Origin: a virus
Length of the DNA: 64,000 nucleotides
IMG/VR virus record: IMGVR_UViG_3300008448_011290
Direction: 5' to 3' (one strand)
Made by a program: the position numbers and the translations under genes. Below are positions 19,266 to 27,835 of this stretch, in pieces. The notes beneath the pieces are model-generated. The model worked only from the letters and a program-made list of their open reading frames with translations, made no database searches and was not told the DNA's origin. Position 1 is the stretch's first letter, and each line of letters opens with the position of its first letter.

Positions 19266-19481
19266 CTATTTATTAGATTTACGAGGCATAGGATTTTCTC
19301 CTGTAAGATACGGTCTTGCAAACCATAACTTAAACCATTCCTGTGTGCCTGGTTGTATGTTGTGTTTTCTCTGATATTCAGCTTTTTCTGTAGCAGAGTG
19401 AGATACATTTTCTCCCACACTGGGATTGTGTTCTGCTGTATTACTAATACCTGCTAATCTTCGTAGATGTTCCAGGTCCAT
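19266..19481 (-). CDS. Phage hypothetical protein
   Basis: LRRLAGI...IQPGT.EWFKLWF.RPYLTGE. Confidence 0.65.
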   Translation of the reverse strand: MDLEHLRRLAGISNTAEHNPSVGENVSHSATEKAEYQRKHNIQPGTQEWFKLWFARPYLTGENPMPRKSNK

Positions 19482-19486
19482 ATTGA

Positions 19487-20107
19487 TTAAGAGGAAAATA
19501 CTTCCAATGCGTGATTATAATGTTTGATACGATCTTCCAATCCAATAGTACCACCGTTGATACGTTTGGTCATGGTTAAAATATCTCCTGCATCAGCATA
19601 CTGATTTAGATTGTTGGTCTTCCAAAACCAGCAAGCAGACTTTACTGCACCTTCGAAGGTTTCCAACAGTGCGGGCACTTCTTCTACTGCCATGCCAATA
19701 CTTTCAGCAAATTTAGTGTAGTTGTTACGACCTGTAAGTTGTATCAACCCTCTGCCACAATAACGAAATCCATCTCCAGATGATTCGTCACCGTTGCCCA
19801 TTCTGCCGCCGTAAACTCGATTAGCAATCTGCTCTTGTTTGTGTGCATATTCTTGTGCTAATTCATCTGTGGGGAAATATTTCGGGAATACCTTTCTTAA
19901 ACTCTCCCATTTATAGTTTAAATTCTCTTTTAATCTCTTGAATCCACCACTCTCGTGTGTGCATTGTGCTATGAAAGCAGACACTCGCTCGGGAGTATTG
20001 ATTTCATATTCAGGAAGAACATTTGATAGTGCTTCGTGCCATCCATCTAGATTAGGATTATTACCAATTATAGATTGCAATTGTTCTTTAGTAAAAGTGA
20101 ATGACAT
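19487..20107 (-). CDS. GH19 glycoside hydrolase (endolysin)
   Basis: AFIAQC.HESGGF..L.ENLNY, GRGLIQLTGRNNY, T.RINGG..G..DR. Confidence 0.92.
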   Translation of the reverse strand: MSFTFTKEQLQSIIGNNPNLDGWHEALSNVLPEYEINTPERVSAFIAQCTHESGGFKRLKENLNYKWESLRKVFPKYFPTDELAQEYAHKQEQIANRVYGGRMGNGDESSGDGFRYCGRGLIQLTGRNNYTKFAESIGMAVEEVPALLETFEGAVKSACWFWKTNNLNQYADAGDILTMTKRINGGTIGLEDRIKHYNHALEVFSS

Positions 20108-20110
20108 AGA

Positions 20111-20329
20111 TTATTCCTTATCTTCTTCGGCTTGTGCTTTGATTTCTGCTTCGGTGTACTGTAGTTTTCCACCATAGTTTAAACTGGATGCTCCTTTAGC
20201 AATGCCTGGTTTTAACTTTTCAACTTTGCCACCTTTAGCAAGAAACTCTTGCATCATACGATCTTTTTCGTCCTGAGCCATTTTAATCTCTTGATCTGAT
20301 CTATAATCTCTTCTAATATCAATTACCAT
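20111..20329 (-). CDS. Hypothetical protein
   Basis: ORF with EFLAKGGKV motif. Confidence 0.6.
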   Translation of the reverse strand: MVIDIRRDYRSDQEIKMAQDEKDRMMQEFLAKGGKVEKLKPGIAKGASSLNYGGKLQYTEAEIKAQAEEDKE

Positions 20330-21491
20330 TTTTTTCTCCGTAGTTTTTTAAACTCTGTTCTATTTTATTTAATGAATCTTTGTTGGCTTGATATAAAATT
20401 CCGTATCCACCCTTGTCCTGCCATTTCTGTATGTTGATAGGACGATCATCGATGAGTATGTTAGGTGTACCATTAGTTGTAGCATATTTTTCTTTTCTTC
20501 CAGTTACTATAGTCTCATCTGGCTGTTCTATGTTTTGATTGATCCAAATCTTTTTCCATTTAGCAGAGTTGTCATGGTCTCCTCTTAATGGAGATGTTAA
20601 TATAGAGAATCTGCCGCTGGTGAATTTTTTAATCATACCAATCAGCGGATCTGTTGTGGGGAATTTAGGTAGAGTTTCAAAAAAGTTTGTGCCTGTGATT
20701 CTATCGATCACATCTTGTCGTAGATCTTTAGTTTTATCTGATGCTAATTGTTTCCAATGACTTACTCCATAGAGTTTTTCCACTCCACCAAAGAAATCAG
20801 CCAGCACTCCATCCATGTCTAGGTAAACAGTTGGTTTACCATTTGCTTGTTCGGGCATTGCTTCATTATACAACTTTTCCGTGTTTGTTGCAACCTGCTC
20901 TTTAATGCCCATGGATTTTCTTAATTCTTTATATAATTCAGCACCAAATTTAGGATTTACCATACTCATAAAACTTTTTTGATCTCCTGCTGCTGCGGCT
21001 GCTCGAGCACCGCTGGCACTGATACCACTAACACCTTCCTGATCAGGATCTCTCTCGCCCGAGCTCACAACATCTATGCTGTCAAACTCAAAAGGTATAT
21101 TACCTTTCTTATCAGGCTTCTTATTATACTGATTTAAGAATGTTCGAAATTCGTTTACTCGATCTGAACCTGCTACCATAGTAATATTTCTATAACCACG
21201 GTTCATTAGTTCTTGTAATAATTGCACAATAGTTTTTACAGTGTCATCACCATTAAAATTTACACCTGTGTACGTTTTTTGAAGATAACTTAATTTGTAT
21301 TGGAATGACAGTGGATCTGTTTTGGGTTTTTGTGTTGAGCTGATGAATATGGTATGGTCAGCACCTTTGGACTTGGCAGTATTGATCACTGTTTGAAATA
21401 CAGCCTCATGTCCTAGTGTTGGTGGATTGTATCTGCCGAATGCAAAAACGATGGAATCGTTCTTAGCTTCAAATAGTTCCTTTAGCCACAT
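20319..21491 (-). CDS. Fusion of a HIGH-type nucleotidyltransferase (cytidylyltransferase-like) and a HAD 5'(3')-deoxyribonucleotidase
   Basis: N-terminal FGRYNPPTLGH, VAGSDR, SAS.AR; C-terminal YLDMDGVLADF, ILTSP, LIDDR. Confidence 0.8.
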   Translation of the reverse strand: MWLKELFEAKNDSIVFAFGRYNPPTLGHEAVFQTVINTAKSKGADHTIFISSTQKPKTDPLSFQYKLSYLQKTYTGVNFNGDDTVKTIVQLLQELMNRGYRNITMVAGSDRVNEFRTFLNQYNKKPDKKGNIPFEFDSIDVVSSGERDPDQEGVSGISASGARAAAAAGDQKSFMSMVNPKFGAELYKELRKSMGIKEQVATNTEKLYNEAMPEQANGKPTVYLDMDGVLADFFGGVEKLYGVSHWKQLASDKTKDLRQDVIDRITGTNFFETLPKFPTTDPLIGMIKKFTSGRFSILTSPLRGDHDNSAKWKKIWINQNIEQPDETIVTGRKEKYATTNGTPNILIDDRPINIQKWQDKGGYGILYQANKDSLNKIEQSLKNYGEKNGN

Positions 21492-21822
21492 CGTACTCAC
21501 CTTTTTTTATATTTTCAAATTCTCTGTCAGCAAGTACCTGTGCCACTTTAGTTCTAGTTTCTTGTGGGAACATGTCTTTGACATCTTCATTAGGTTTGCC
21601 AAATTCTTTAACATATTCTCTAGCGGCATCATCGACTAAAAGATTCCATTGTTTGGTAGCATTCTCGTGATTGTATCTATTAGAATTAACGTTTGTTTTT
21701 AAATCATGAACCAATGGCATGAATTTTTTTCTATATAAGTCTTCATTGTTATTGATATAAAGATCTAATTCGTTGACTGCGTCAATGCTGGATTCTGCGA
21801 TAAATTGATGAGCTCTTACCAT
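21469..21822 (-). CDS. Hypothetical protein
   Basis: MVRAHQFIAE...EL.LYI.N.EDLYR. Confidence 0.6.
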   Translation of the reverse strand: MVRAHQFIAESSIDAVNELDLYINNNEDLYRKKFMPLVHDLKTNVNSNRYNHENATKQWNLLVDDAAREYVKEFGKPNEDVKDMFPQETRTKVAQVLADREFENIKKGEYDVAKGTI

Positions 21823-22223
21823 TTGCGACAACTCCAGTATCTTGCTTTGGTTCTTGGTCCTGGATTAGCACAGTTGTGTCTTGCTCGAAAACTCTTTCTT
21901 CTTCCTGGAATGTGTTTTTTGATTCTCATATTAGGATCACCAAAATTAACTTTTTTTACATTACCAGTCTTGGGATCTTTTACATAAACTTTAAATTTTT
22001 TAACATCACCTTTCATTGGTTTGCCCAATGATACTTTTCTACCCCGATATTCTGCTTCCCATAATTCCGTTTCTGGAAATCCTAGATATCCAAACATTTC
22101 ATGAAAATCTTGATTATCTTCCACTGTGATTTCATCTGTTTCTGGCAGTGGTTCGTAAGCAGGTTCGGCTGCTATGCTGTCTAATCTAGTAAGCAGTACT
22201 TTGATATCTTGATAGTTGCTCAT
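21816..22223 (-). CDS. Phage late protein with basic C-terminal domain
   Basis: EAEYRGRKV...KVNFGD...RRKSFRARH.C...ARYWSC..W; TAAATA upstream. Confidence 0.65.
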   Translation of the reverse strand: MSNYQDIKVLLTRLDSIAAEPAYEPLPETDEITVEDNQDFHEMFGYLGFPETELWEAEYRGRKVSLGKPMKGDVKKFKVYVKDPKTGNVKKVNFGDPNMRIKKHIPGRRKSFRARHNCANPGPRTKARYWSCRKW

Positions 22224-22236
22224 ACCCTGTATTTAG

Positions 22237-22716
22237 CTAATACAGGTTCTCTAAAAGCCACATGTAAAATGGTGATGTAAATTCTAATTCCCAACGTCCA
22301 TTATGACCCATAGCCGTAACATTTTTAAACGATTCTGGCAATTTATTACCTGCAGCCGCTTGTTCAGATGCCCATGGTTCTGGATATTTTGGAGTGTAAA
22401 GACCACTATAAATTAGTGAACCAATGTCTATTTCGTCTATTTCTATAGATTTAATATGTAACAACTGATCTTTAACAATCTGACCGTTTTCAACCACAGT
22501 CTGTCGAGTATCTTTGCCAGATCGATTAATTATTAATCGATATTTTTCTCCTTCTTTTAATTCGTGCTCAAACTCTATAACAGTGGGTTCTTTTTCTGTG
22601 CTTTTTATTTCTTGATTGTAATGACTGTGATTGTTAATCAATATCTCTGCTCGAGGAGCCTTATCCCAATGAGTACTGTATAACTCTAATTTAAATTTTA
22701 ATTTTTCAATCGACAT
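22237..22716 (-). CDS. Hypothetical protein
   Basis: ORF ending F.SPFYMWLLENL. Confidence 0.6.
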   Translation of the reverse strand: MSIEKLKFKLELYSTHWDKAPRAEILINNHSHYNQEIKSTEKEPTVIEFEHELKEGEKYRLIINRSGKDTRQTVVENGQIVKDQLLHIKSIEIDEIDIGSLIYSGLYTPKYPEPWASEQAAAGNKLPESFKNVTAMGHNGRWELEFTSPFYMWLLENLY

Positions 22717-22894
22717 ATTTAAACTCTAATCCTGCTTTGGTTCCTACGTATGGTTTATTTAAATCAGTACGGTGCATCTCTATGGTCATTGTGGTTCCTT
22801 CCACAGCTACTTTCATATAGCGATCCGTGCGGCTTAGCACATCAGCTCGTTTGGTTTTACCATTATCTATACAAACGATTTCTACCTGTTCCAT
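22706..22894 (-). CDS. Hypothetical protein
   Basis: 62-aa ORF coupled to neighbours. Confidence 0.6.
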   Translation of the reverse strand: MEQVEIVCIDNGKTKRADVLSRTDRYMKVAVEGTTMTIEMHRTDLNKPYVGTKAGLEFKYVD

Positions 22895-22895
22895 G

Positions 22896-25529
22896 TTAAA
22901 ATCTTCTTTCTACTTGTATACCAAAGCCTAGGTTGTTTTTACCTGTTTCTCCAGCTACATCTTTTCGATATTCCATATTGTATCTCATACTCCATTCCAT
23001 ATCAGATTCGCCTCTTTCAGTGTAATATAGTCCTAGGTTCTTTTCAGGAGTTCGAGTCTTTAGATTTGCTCTCACATCATTATAAAGAATATCTCCTTCT
23101 GCAGAAGTAGCATATGGCACTGATACTGTGGCAGAACCTTTAGTGATATAGTTAGGCAATCCTGCTGTTATACCCCAATTGCTGTTATCAGTTAAAGATT
23201 GTTCAAATCCAACTTTTAAGCTCTGTGATTGTAGAGTGTCGATATTCTTGATCAAAGAATTGCCGGCAGTATTAACATTAGTATAACCTCGGCCTAAGTC
23301 AATGCTCCATCGATTTTTATCTTGAATATAATCCACACCAACCTGTGCAAAATTAGTGCTGTTATTATTGCCCACAGATAGAGCACCACTACTTTCATTA
23401 CCCAACCAAGTAGTCTGTTCACTCATAGTACCTAGTGTAGTTCTCACAGCAACGTTAGGAGACACTCCAAATTTCTTAGTCACATGTGAGCTCCAGTCAC
23501 CTTTGAAATCAGGATTGCTGGTCATACCCACTTTTAAATCATCCATAATAGCGAACTCTCCACCTTGATAAAAGTTACCAAATGCTTGTTGGAATGGTAG
23601 ATAACTTAATCCATCTTGTTGAGCTTTTACATCACTGATTTTTCTTTTATCTTTAACAGTAATACCTTGTGATAGATTCACATAGAAATCTCTAGAAAAT
23701 TCATCTACAATCATCACACTGGATAAAGCGCCTGTATTTTTTAAAGAGCTAAGAGCCGAACCTGTACCACCACTAGTATTAAGTGTCGCAGTATTCACAG
23801 CACTAGTTGCTCTACCTGAAGTAGGAATACCCACTGCTCCTACAGGTTGTGTTGCTCGATCCAAATCCAACATACCAGCACCATTCACACTTGGATCATA
23901 ATTTGGTATATTTTTATTTGCAGTGGTTGTTAATAACTTAACAACATTCTCGCCTTTCATGTACGGCCACATTTGGCTAACCAATGCTACACCACCAGTC
24001 ACAATTGGTGCTGCCATGGATGTCCCATACATAGTGGTCACACCATTGTTTAAACTTGTACTTTGTACCACGCCTGGTGCCATTATATAGAAATCGCTAA
24101 CTTTATATTTGTCAGCACATGTATTGGTAGCTGAAACATAATTTTGACAGATAGATCCTGCTTTATTACTCCAACTGTAAAGTGTGCCTTTTTCATCGGC
24201 TGCACCCACGATCAACATACGACCGCCTAATAATAGATTGCCTGATGCATCTGTAACTGTAGCAAAATATCCTGGATTAGCAGAAACTGGCAGTCCTTGG
24301 TTACCTGCCGCATTCACTACAACCATACCTCGATCTGTGACAGCTTTCCATTCTGCAGGATCTTGCAAGTTATAATATCGTCCAGTACCATAGTTGTATC
24401 TAGAATCAGTGCTTCTATAAACACCTTTGCTGACACTTACTAAATTTTTAGTAAATGTGGAGTCATAATTTGTGTTAGCACTCACGTTACCTACCACAGC
24501 ACCCTGATCAGCGGCCCATGCCAAACCTTGAGAGGCAGCACTTAAATTAACCGAAGAGCCTGTGCCAATTTTAACCACAATTGCTTTAGAATCATAGGCT
24601 ATACCTTGCGTACCGATATTATTTTTGAGAGCAACAATTTCTCCCAATACGAAAGTACCGTGACCGTGTGTGTCATTGATACCTGTGCCTGTGTAATCTC
24701 GAGTAGCAACAACCTGCCCTTGCAAATCTGTGCTGTTCACAGCATAACCCGAGTCAGCCACTGCCACAGTTACACCCTTACCAGTCCAACCTCGTGCATA
24801 GGCTTTGTCGGCATTCACTAATGCACCTGCTTTGCCTGCGGCAAATTCTGAAGTTTGATAGAATGTAGGATTACTGTTGTAACCTGGTGTTGGCGTACCA
24901 TTTGGGTTTGTAATTAAATTTGAAGCAGGTATAATTTCAGTTGCTGTTAATACGCCTGGTGTATTATCTGTACTCGTTGTAATATTTTCTCTAGTGACTT
25001 TAATCTGTACAATAGATGTAGTTTTAATGTCTCTAACAAAAGTTTTTACTGCAGGTCCAACTTTAATTACAGGTTTGCCTACTGTGATTACTTCTTTGCC
25101 ATTGACTATTTTAGAAGTTCTAGGAGTTGTAATTGTAGTAGTAATAACATTAACATAAACTTTATCCGTCACTGTCTTTGGTGCAGTTATAGTAGTAACT
25201 TTTGGTGTAACCACAGTGGTAGTAGTGATACGTCTAGTGGTTCTAGTGGTGCTGCCATCTTTATTGTTCACGTTAGATACTACATCTTTACTTGATGTGT
25301 TTGTACTGATTGCTTTCTCTGAGGTAACGGTTGTTGTTTGAGAACCCAAAGAAGAAGATACATTTTTTTCAGTGAATTCTGATCCTTTGCTGACTTTAGT
25401 CTCAACAATGGGATTCAATGTCTTAACACCATTCGTAATCGGTGTTGCTGTTTTGGTTTGTGCAAAAGATGTTTCTGTATAAAACAATATAAAAGATATT
25501 GTGATTAATAGTTTTAATAAGTTTTTCAT
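22896..25529 (-). CDS. Secreted S8 subtilisin-like protease with probable C-terminal outer-membrane beta-barrel
   Basis: Signal peptide, Thr-rich stalk, triad VADSG / HGHGT / GTSMAAP, oxyanion AAGN, amphipathic C-terminal strands ending in Phe. Confidence 0.88.
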   Translation of the reverse strand: MKNLLKLLITISFILFYTETSFAQTKTATPITNGVKTLNPIVETKVSKGSEFTEKNVSSSLGSQTTTVTSEKAISTNTSSKDVVSNVNNKDGSTTRTTRRITTTTVVTPKVTTITAPKTVTDKVYVNVITTTITTPRTSKIVNGKEVITVGKPVIKVGPAVKTFVRDIKTTSIVQIKVTRENITTSTDNTPGVLTATEIIPASNLITNPNGTPTPGYNSNPTFYQTSEFAAGKAGALVNADKAYARGWTGKGVTVAVADSGYAVNSTDLQGQVVATRDYTGTGINDTHGHGTFVLGEIVALKNNIGTQGIAYDSKAIVVKIGTGSSVNLSAASQGLAWAADQGAVVGNVSANTNYDSTFTKNLVSVSKGVYRSTDSRYNYGTGRYYNLQDPAEWKAVTDRGMVVVNAAGNQGLPVSANPGYFATVTDASGNLLLGGRMLIVGAADEKGTLYSWSNKAGSICQNYVSATNTCADKYKVSDFYIMAPGVVQSTSLNNGVTTMYGTSMAAPIVTGGVALVSQMWPYMKGENVVKLLTTTANKNIPNYDPSVNGAGMLDLDRATQPVGAVGIPTSGRATSAVNTATLNTSGGTGSALSSLKNTGALSSVMIVDEFSRDFYVNLSQGITVKDKRKISDVKAQQDGLSYLPFQQAFGNFYQGGEFAIMDDLKVGMTSNPDFKGDWSSHVTKKFGVSPNVAVRTTLGTMSEQTTWLGNESSGALSVGNNNSTNFAQVGVDYIQDKNRWSIDLGRGYTNVNTAGNSLIKNIDTLQSQSLKVGFEQSLTDNSNWGITAGLPNYITKGSATVSVPYATSAEGDILYNDVRANLKTRTPEKNLGLYYTERGESDMEWSMRYNMEYRKDVAGETGKNNLGFGIQVERRF

Positions 25530-25531
25530 TT

Positions 25532-25693
25532 TTATTTTTTATTGATTATATCTGGAGTCAGCATATCCACTGTGTTCACTATGGTCTTACCTGCATATAC
25601 CACTGCTGATCCTGTGACATCCACTACTGCCACGGTGGTAGAGCAGGCATTTAAAAAAAAAGAAATAATAACGATTGATAATAATTTATTCAA
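25532..25693 (-). CDS. 53-aa lipoprotein, absent from ORF track
   Basis: TTG start after GAGGA; MNKLLSIVIISFFLNA-C lipobox; stop codon ends 2 nt before the protease ATG. Confidence 0.65.
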   Translation of the reverse strand: MNKLLSIVIISFFLNACSTTVAVVDVTGSAVVYAGKTIVNTVDMLTPDIINKK

Positions 25694-25973
25694 TGTTTTC
25701 CTCTTTTTTAGAATTCTGTCTTGCTTCGTATTCTTCTTGTCTTTTTTTTGCTAATGTGTCTCTGATTTTATCCTGTTCTATCTGTTTCTTTTTTATGTCC
25801 AAAGGATCGTCTATTTCTTTGATAGAAACCAATCGAGCACCTAGGTATTCTTTTATTCTATTCGAAGCATCCTGCTCAGTGTCGGCATAGAACCAAGATT
25901 TTAATTTAATTCCATTCTCTAGCACACAATCAAATTGCCAAGCATGATTGACACTGCTGTTGTTCATCTTCAT
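25686..25973 (-). CDS. Hypothetical protein
   Basis: ATGA overlap with the upstream gene. Confidence 0.55.
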   Translation of the reverse strand: MKMNNSSVNHAWQFDCVLENGIKLKSWFYADTEQDASNRIKEYLGARLVSIKEIDDPLDIKKKQIEQDKIRDTLAKKRQEEYEARQNSKKEENIE

Positions 25974-26152
25974 CGAACCAACCCCATGAGATACATACCT
26001 GCCAAGAAACACATCAAGCAAGTGGTGAATACATAGGCTCTCTTTTGAATAGCATAACCATTTTCTTTCAAGATATGCACATGAACTTCCATGGTTTCAG
26101 GAGTCACTTTCACATCCACATATTCTAATTGATCTATATTTTTATTATCCAT
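25970..26152 (-). CDS. Small protein with C-terminal TM helix
   Basis: Hydrophobic C-terminus; first gene after a promoter. Confidence 0.55.
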   Translation of the reverse strand: MDNKNIDQLEYVDVKVTPETMEVHVHILKENGYAIQKRAYVFTTCLMCFLAGMYLMGLVR

Positions 26153-26158
26153 ACTACA

Positions 26159-26186
26159 AGTATACAGTAGATATGGTAGAAGTCAA
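26159..26186 (-). promoter_or_regulatory. Sigma70-type promoter TTGACT-N16-TATACT, leaderless
   Basis: 6 nt to ATG 26152, no SD. Confidence 0.7.
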
Positions 26187-26238
26187 CGAGTTGATCTTAG
26201 ATAAAAGTGTTCAAATTCAACGACTTAAATTGTGATCT

Positions 26239-26847
26239 CTAGTGATTATAAAGGATTTTTGTAACTGATGAACTAGCAGTGGTCCAATCATAGCATTTAG
26301 CTCGAACCCAAACAAAATTGCCAGTAAAATTATATGCGGCTACAGAAGTACTGGTATCTGCTGTGAAAGTGGTTCCTGAAATATCAAACCAATCATCTTC
26401 TGTGGGAGTGGTTGCTAGACTGCCCTGCATCTTGATAGATCCATTAAAGTTATTGGCTGCTGTGTTAGATCCTGCTGACACATGATAGGCCACTGTGTGT
26501 ATGCCATCCACATGTGAATAGTATCCATCGCCCTGATATTTCGCTGTTACGAATCCCGTATGTGCTAAAGACATAGAAGCACCTGCAGATTCTGTGGTAA
26601 CTGCCTCTTCTACAATAATATATGCTCCGTTGGTAGCCACACTTTTAACTGTGAATGTATTGTTGTTATTGGTTGAGCCAGATACAGTGATACGATCATA
26701 CTGTGCCCAACCCGCCAAACTTAAAGTAGTGGTGTTGCTGGAATTTATTTTGTATTCAGTGCCTGTTTGTGAGAAACTGATCACGGTGCCACTCAATGTG
26801 GCTTTGTGTGATGCCGCGCTTCGTATTGTTGTGCTTGACTGTGCCAT
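26239..26847 (-). CDS. Putative virion structural protein
   Basis: S/T-rich beta protein; GDGYY...DG.HT, QGSLA..P...DWF.I, NFTGNFVWVRA; late promoter. Confidence 0.6.
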   Translation of the reverse strand: MAQSSTTIRSAASHKATLSGTVISFSQTGTEYKINSSNTTTLSLAGWAQYDRITVSGSTNNNNTFTVKSVATNGAYIIVEEAVTTESAGASMSLAHTGFVTAKYQGDGYYSHVDGIHTVAYHVSAGSNTAANNFNGSIKMQGSLATTPTEDDWFDISGTTFTADTSTSVAAYNFTGNFVWVRAKCYDWTTASSSVTKILYNH

Positions 26848-26852
26848 GGCAG

Positions 26853-27161
26853 TTATTTATGGCGTTTTTCTTTTCGGAATCTGGATGTTTTTGGTCCTAG
26901 GTTGTACACAGCGGCTAGATCCTGTGGTCTCATACCATCGATGGTTATAATGTCATAATACATGATTTTTCTGTAGGGTACTTCTGCAGAATAATCAAAT
27001 TCTTCATCTGCAATACAGTGATCATTGTGTAGCTCTTTGATACGCATGGCGGCACGCACTTGTATAGGTGTGCCCATATGATGTTTATCTATTATGGTTT
27101 CAATCATGGTGCCCACTTTAAATATATTCTTTTCTTTTAATTTTAATATAACGTCTATCAT
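26853..27161 (-). CDS. Hypothetical protein
   Basis: IDGM.P..LA..Y.L motif. Confidence 0.6.
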   Translation of the reverse strand: MIDVILKLKEKNIFKVGTMIETIIDKHHMGTPIQVRAAMRIKELHNDHCIADEEFDYSAEVPYRKIMYYDIITIDGMRPQDLAAVYNLGPKTSRFRKEKRHK

Positions 27162-27835
27162 TTGGATACCTTTACAAATTTTATAACTTTTTCTATAGCT
27201 TCTTGTGCTATCATGTATATAGGAGTCAACATCTTTTCATCTCGCACATAAAAATAACCTTGCCATCCGTATTGGCTGGCTCCTTCTAAATATTCTTTTA
27301 CATACTTGCCTGTTATTAGACAATTTTCTGGATTTTGATTTAGATATCTATATAGATCTTCTCGTTGATGCTGTTTTAATATTCTGTGTACATTCTTTTT
27401 TAAATGTACCTGATACTGGTATTTGCCCAATGGTAATCTTTTACACAGCACAGAATTTTTATCTAGTAGATAAGATTTATCTTCTGGAATAGCATCAGCA
27501 TTAGACCATTCATCCCAAAAAACAGAGACTAGATCTTTAGCCATATTCTCATCACAATAAAAAACACTGTCTATATTCTGTATTCGAAACTTCATATTTT
27601 TTCTATTATGTAATATAAATGATGCTAATTTTTTTAATTTTTTACTGTGTTTAAAAAAGAACACCCATCGATTTTCTCTCATCGCTCGTTCTGCTTTAAA
27701 ATCCTTCTCTTGATGATCCAGCACTGACTTTAAATGCTGATCTGTTGTAGGATATAGATAACAAGCCCATGGCATACGAAATACTACTTTATTAGTATAC
27801 CTACCAAAATATAATCTATTATGATGTTTTCGCAT
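27158..27835 (-). CDS. Hypothetical protein
   Basis: 225-aa ORF coupled to clpA. Confidence 0.6.
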   Translation of the reverse strand: MRKHHNRLYFGRYTNKVVFRMPWACYLYPTTDQHLKSVLDHQEKDFKAERAMRENRWVFFFKHSKKLKKLASFILHNRKNMKFRIQNIDSVFYCDENMAKDLVSVFWDEWSNADAIPEDKSYLLDKNSVLCKRLPLGKYQYQVHLKKNVHRILKQHQREDLYRYLNQNPENCLITGKYVKEYLEGASQYGWQGYFYVRDEKMLTPIYMIAQEAIEKVIKFVKVSK

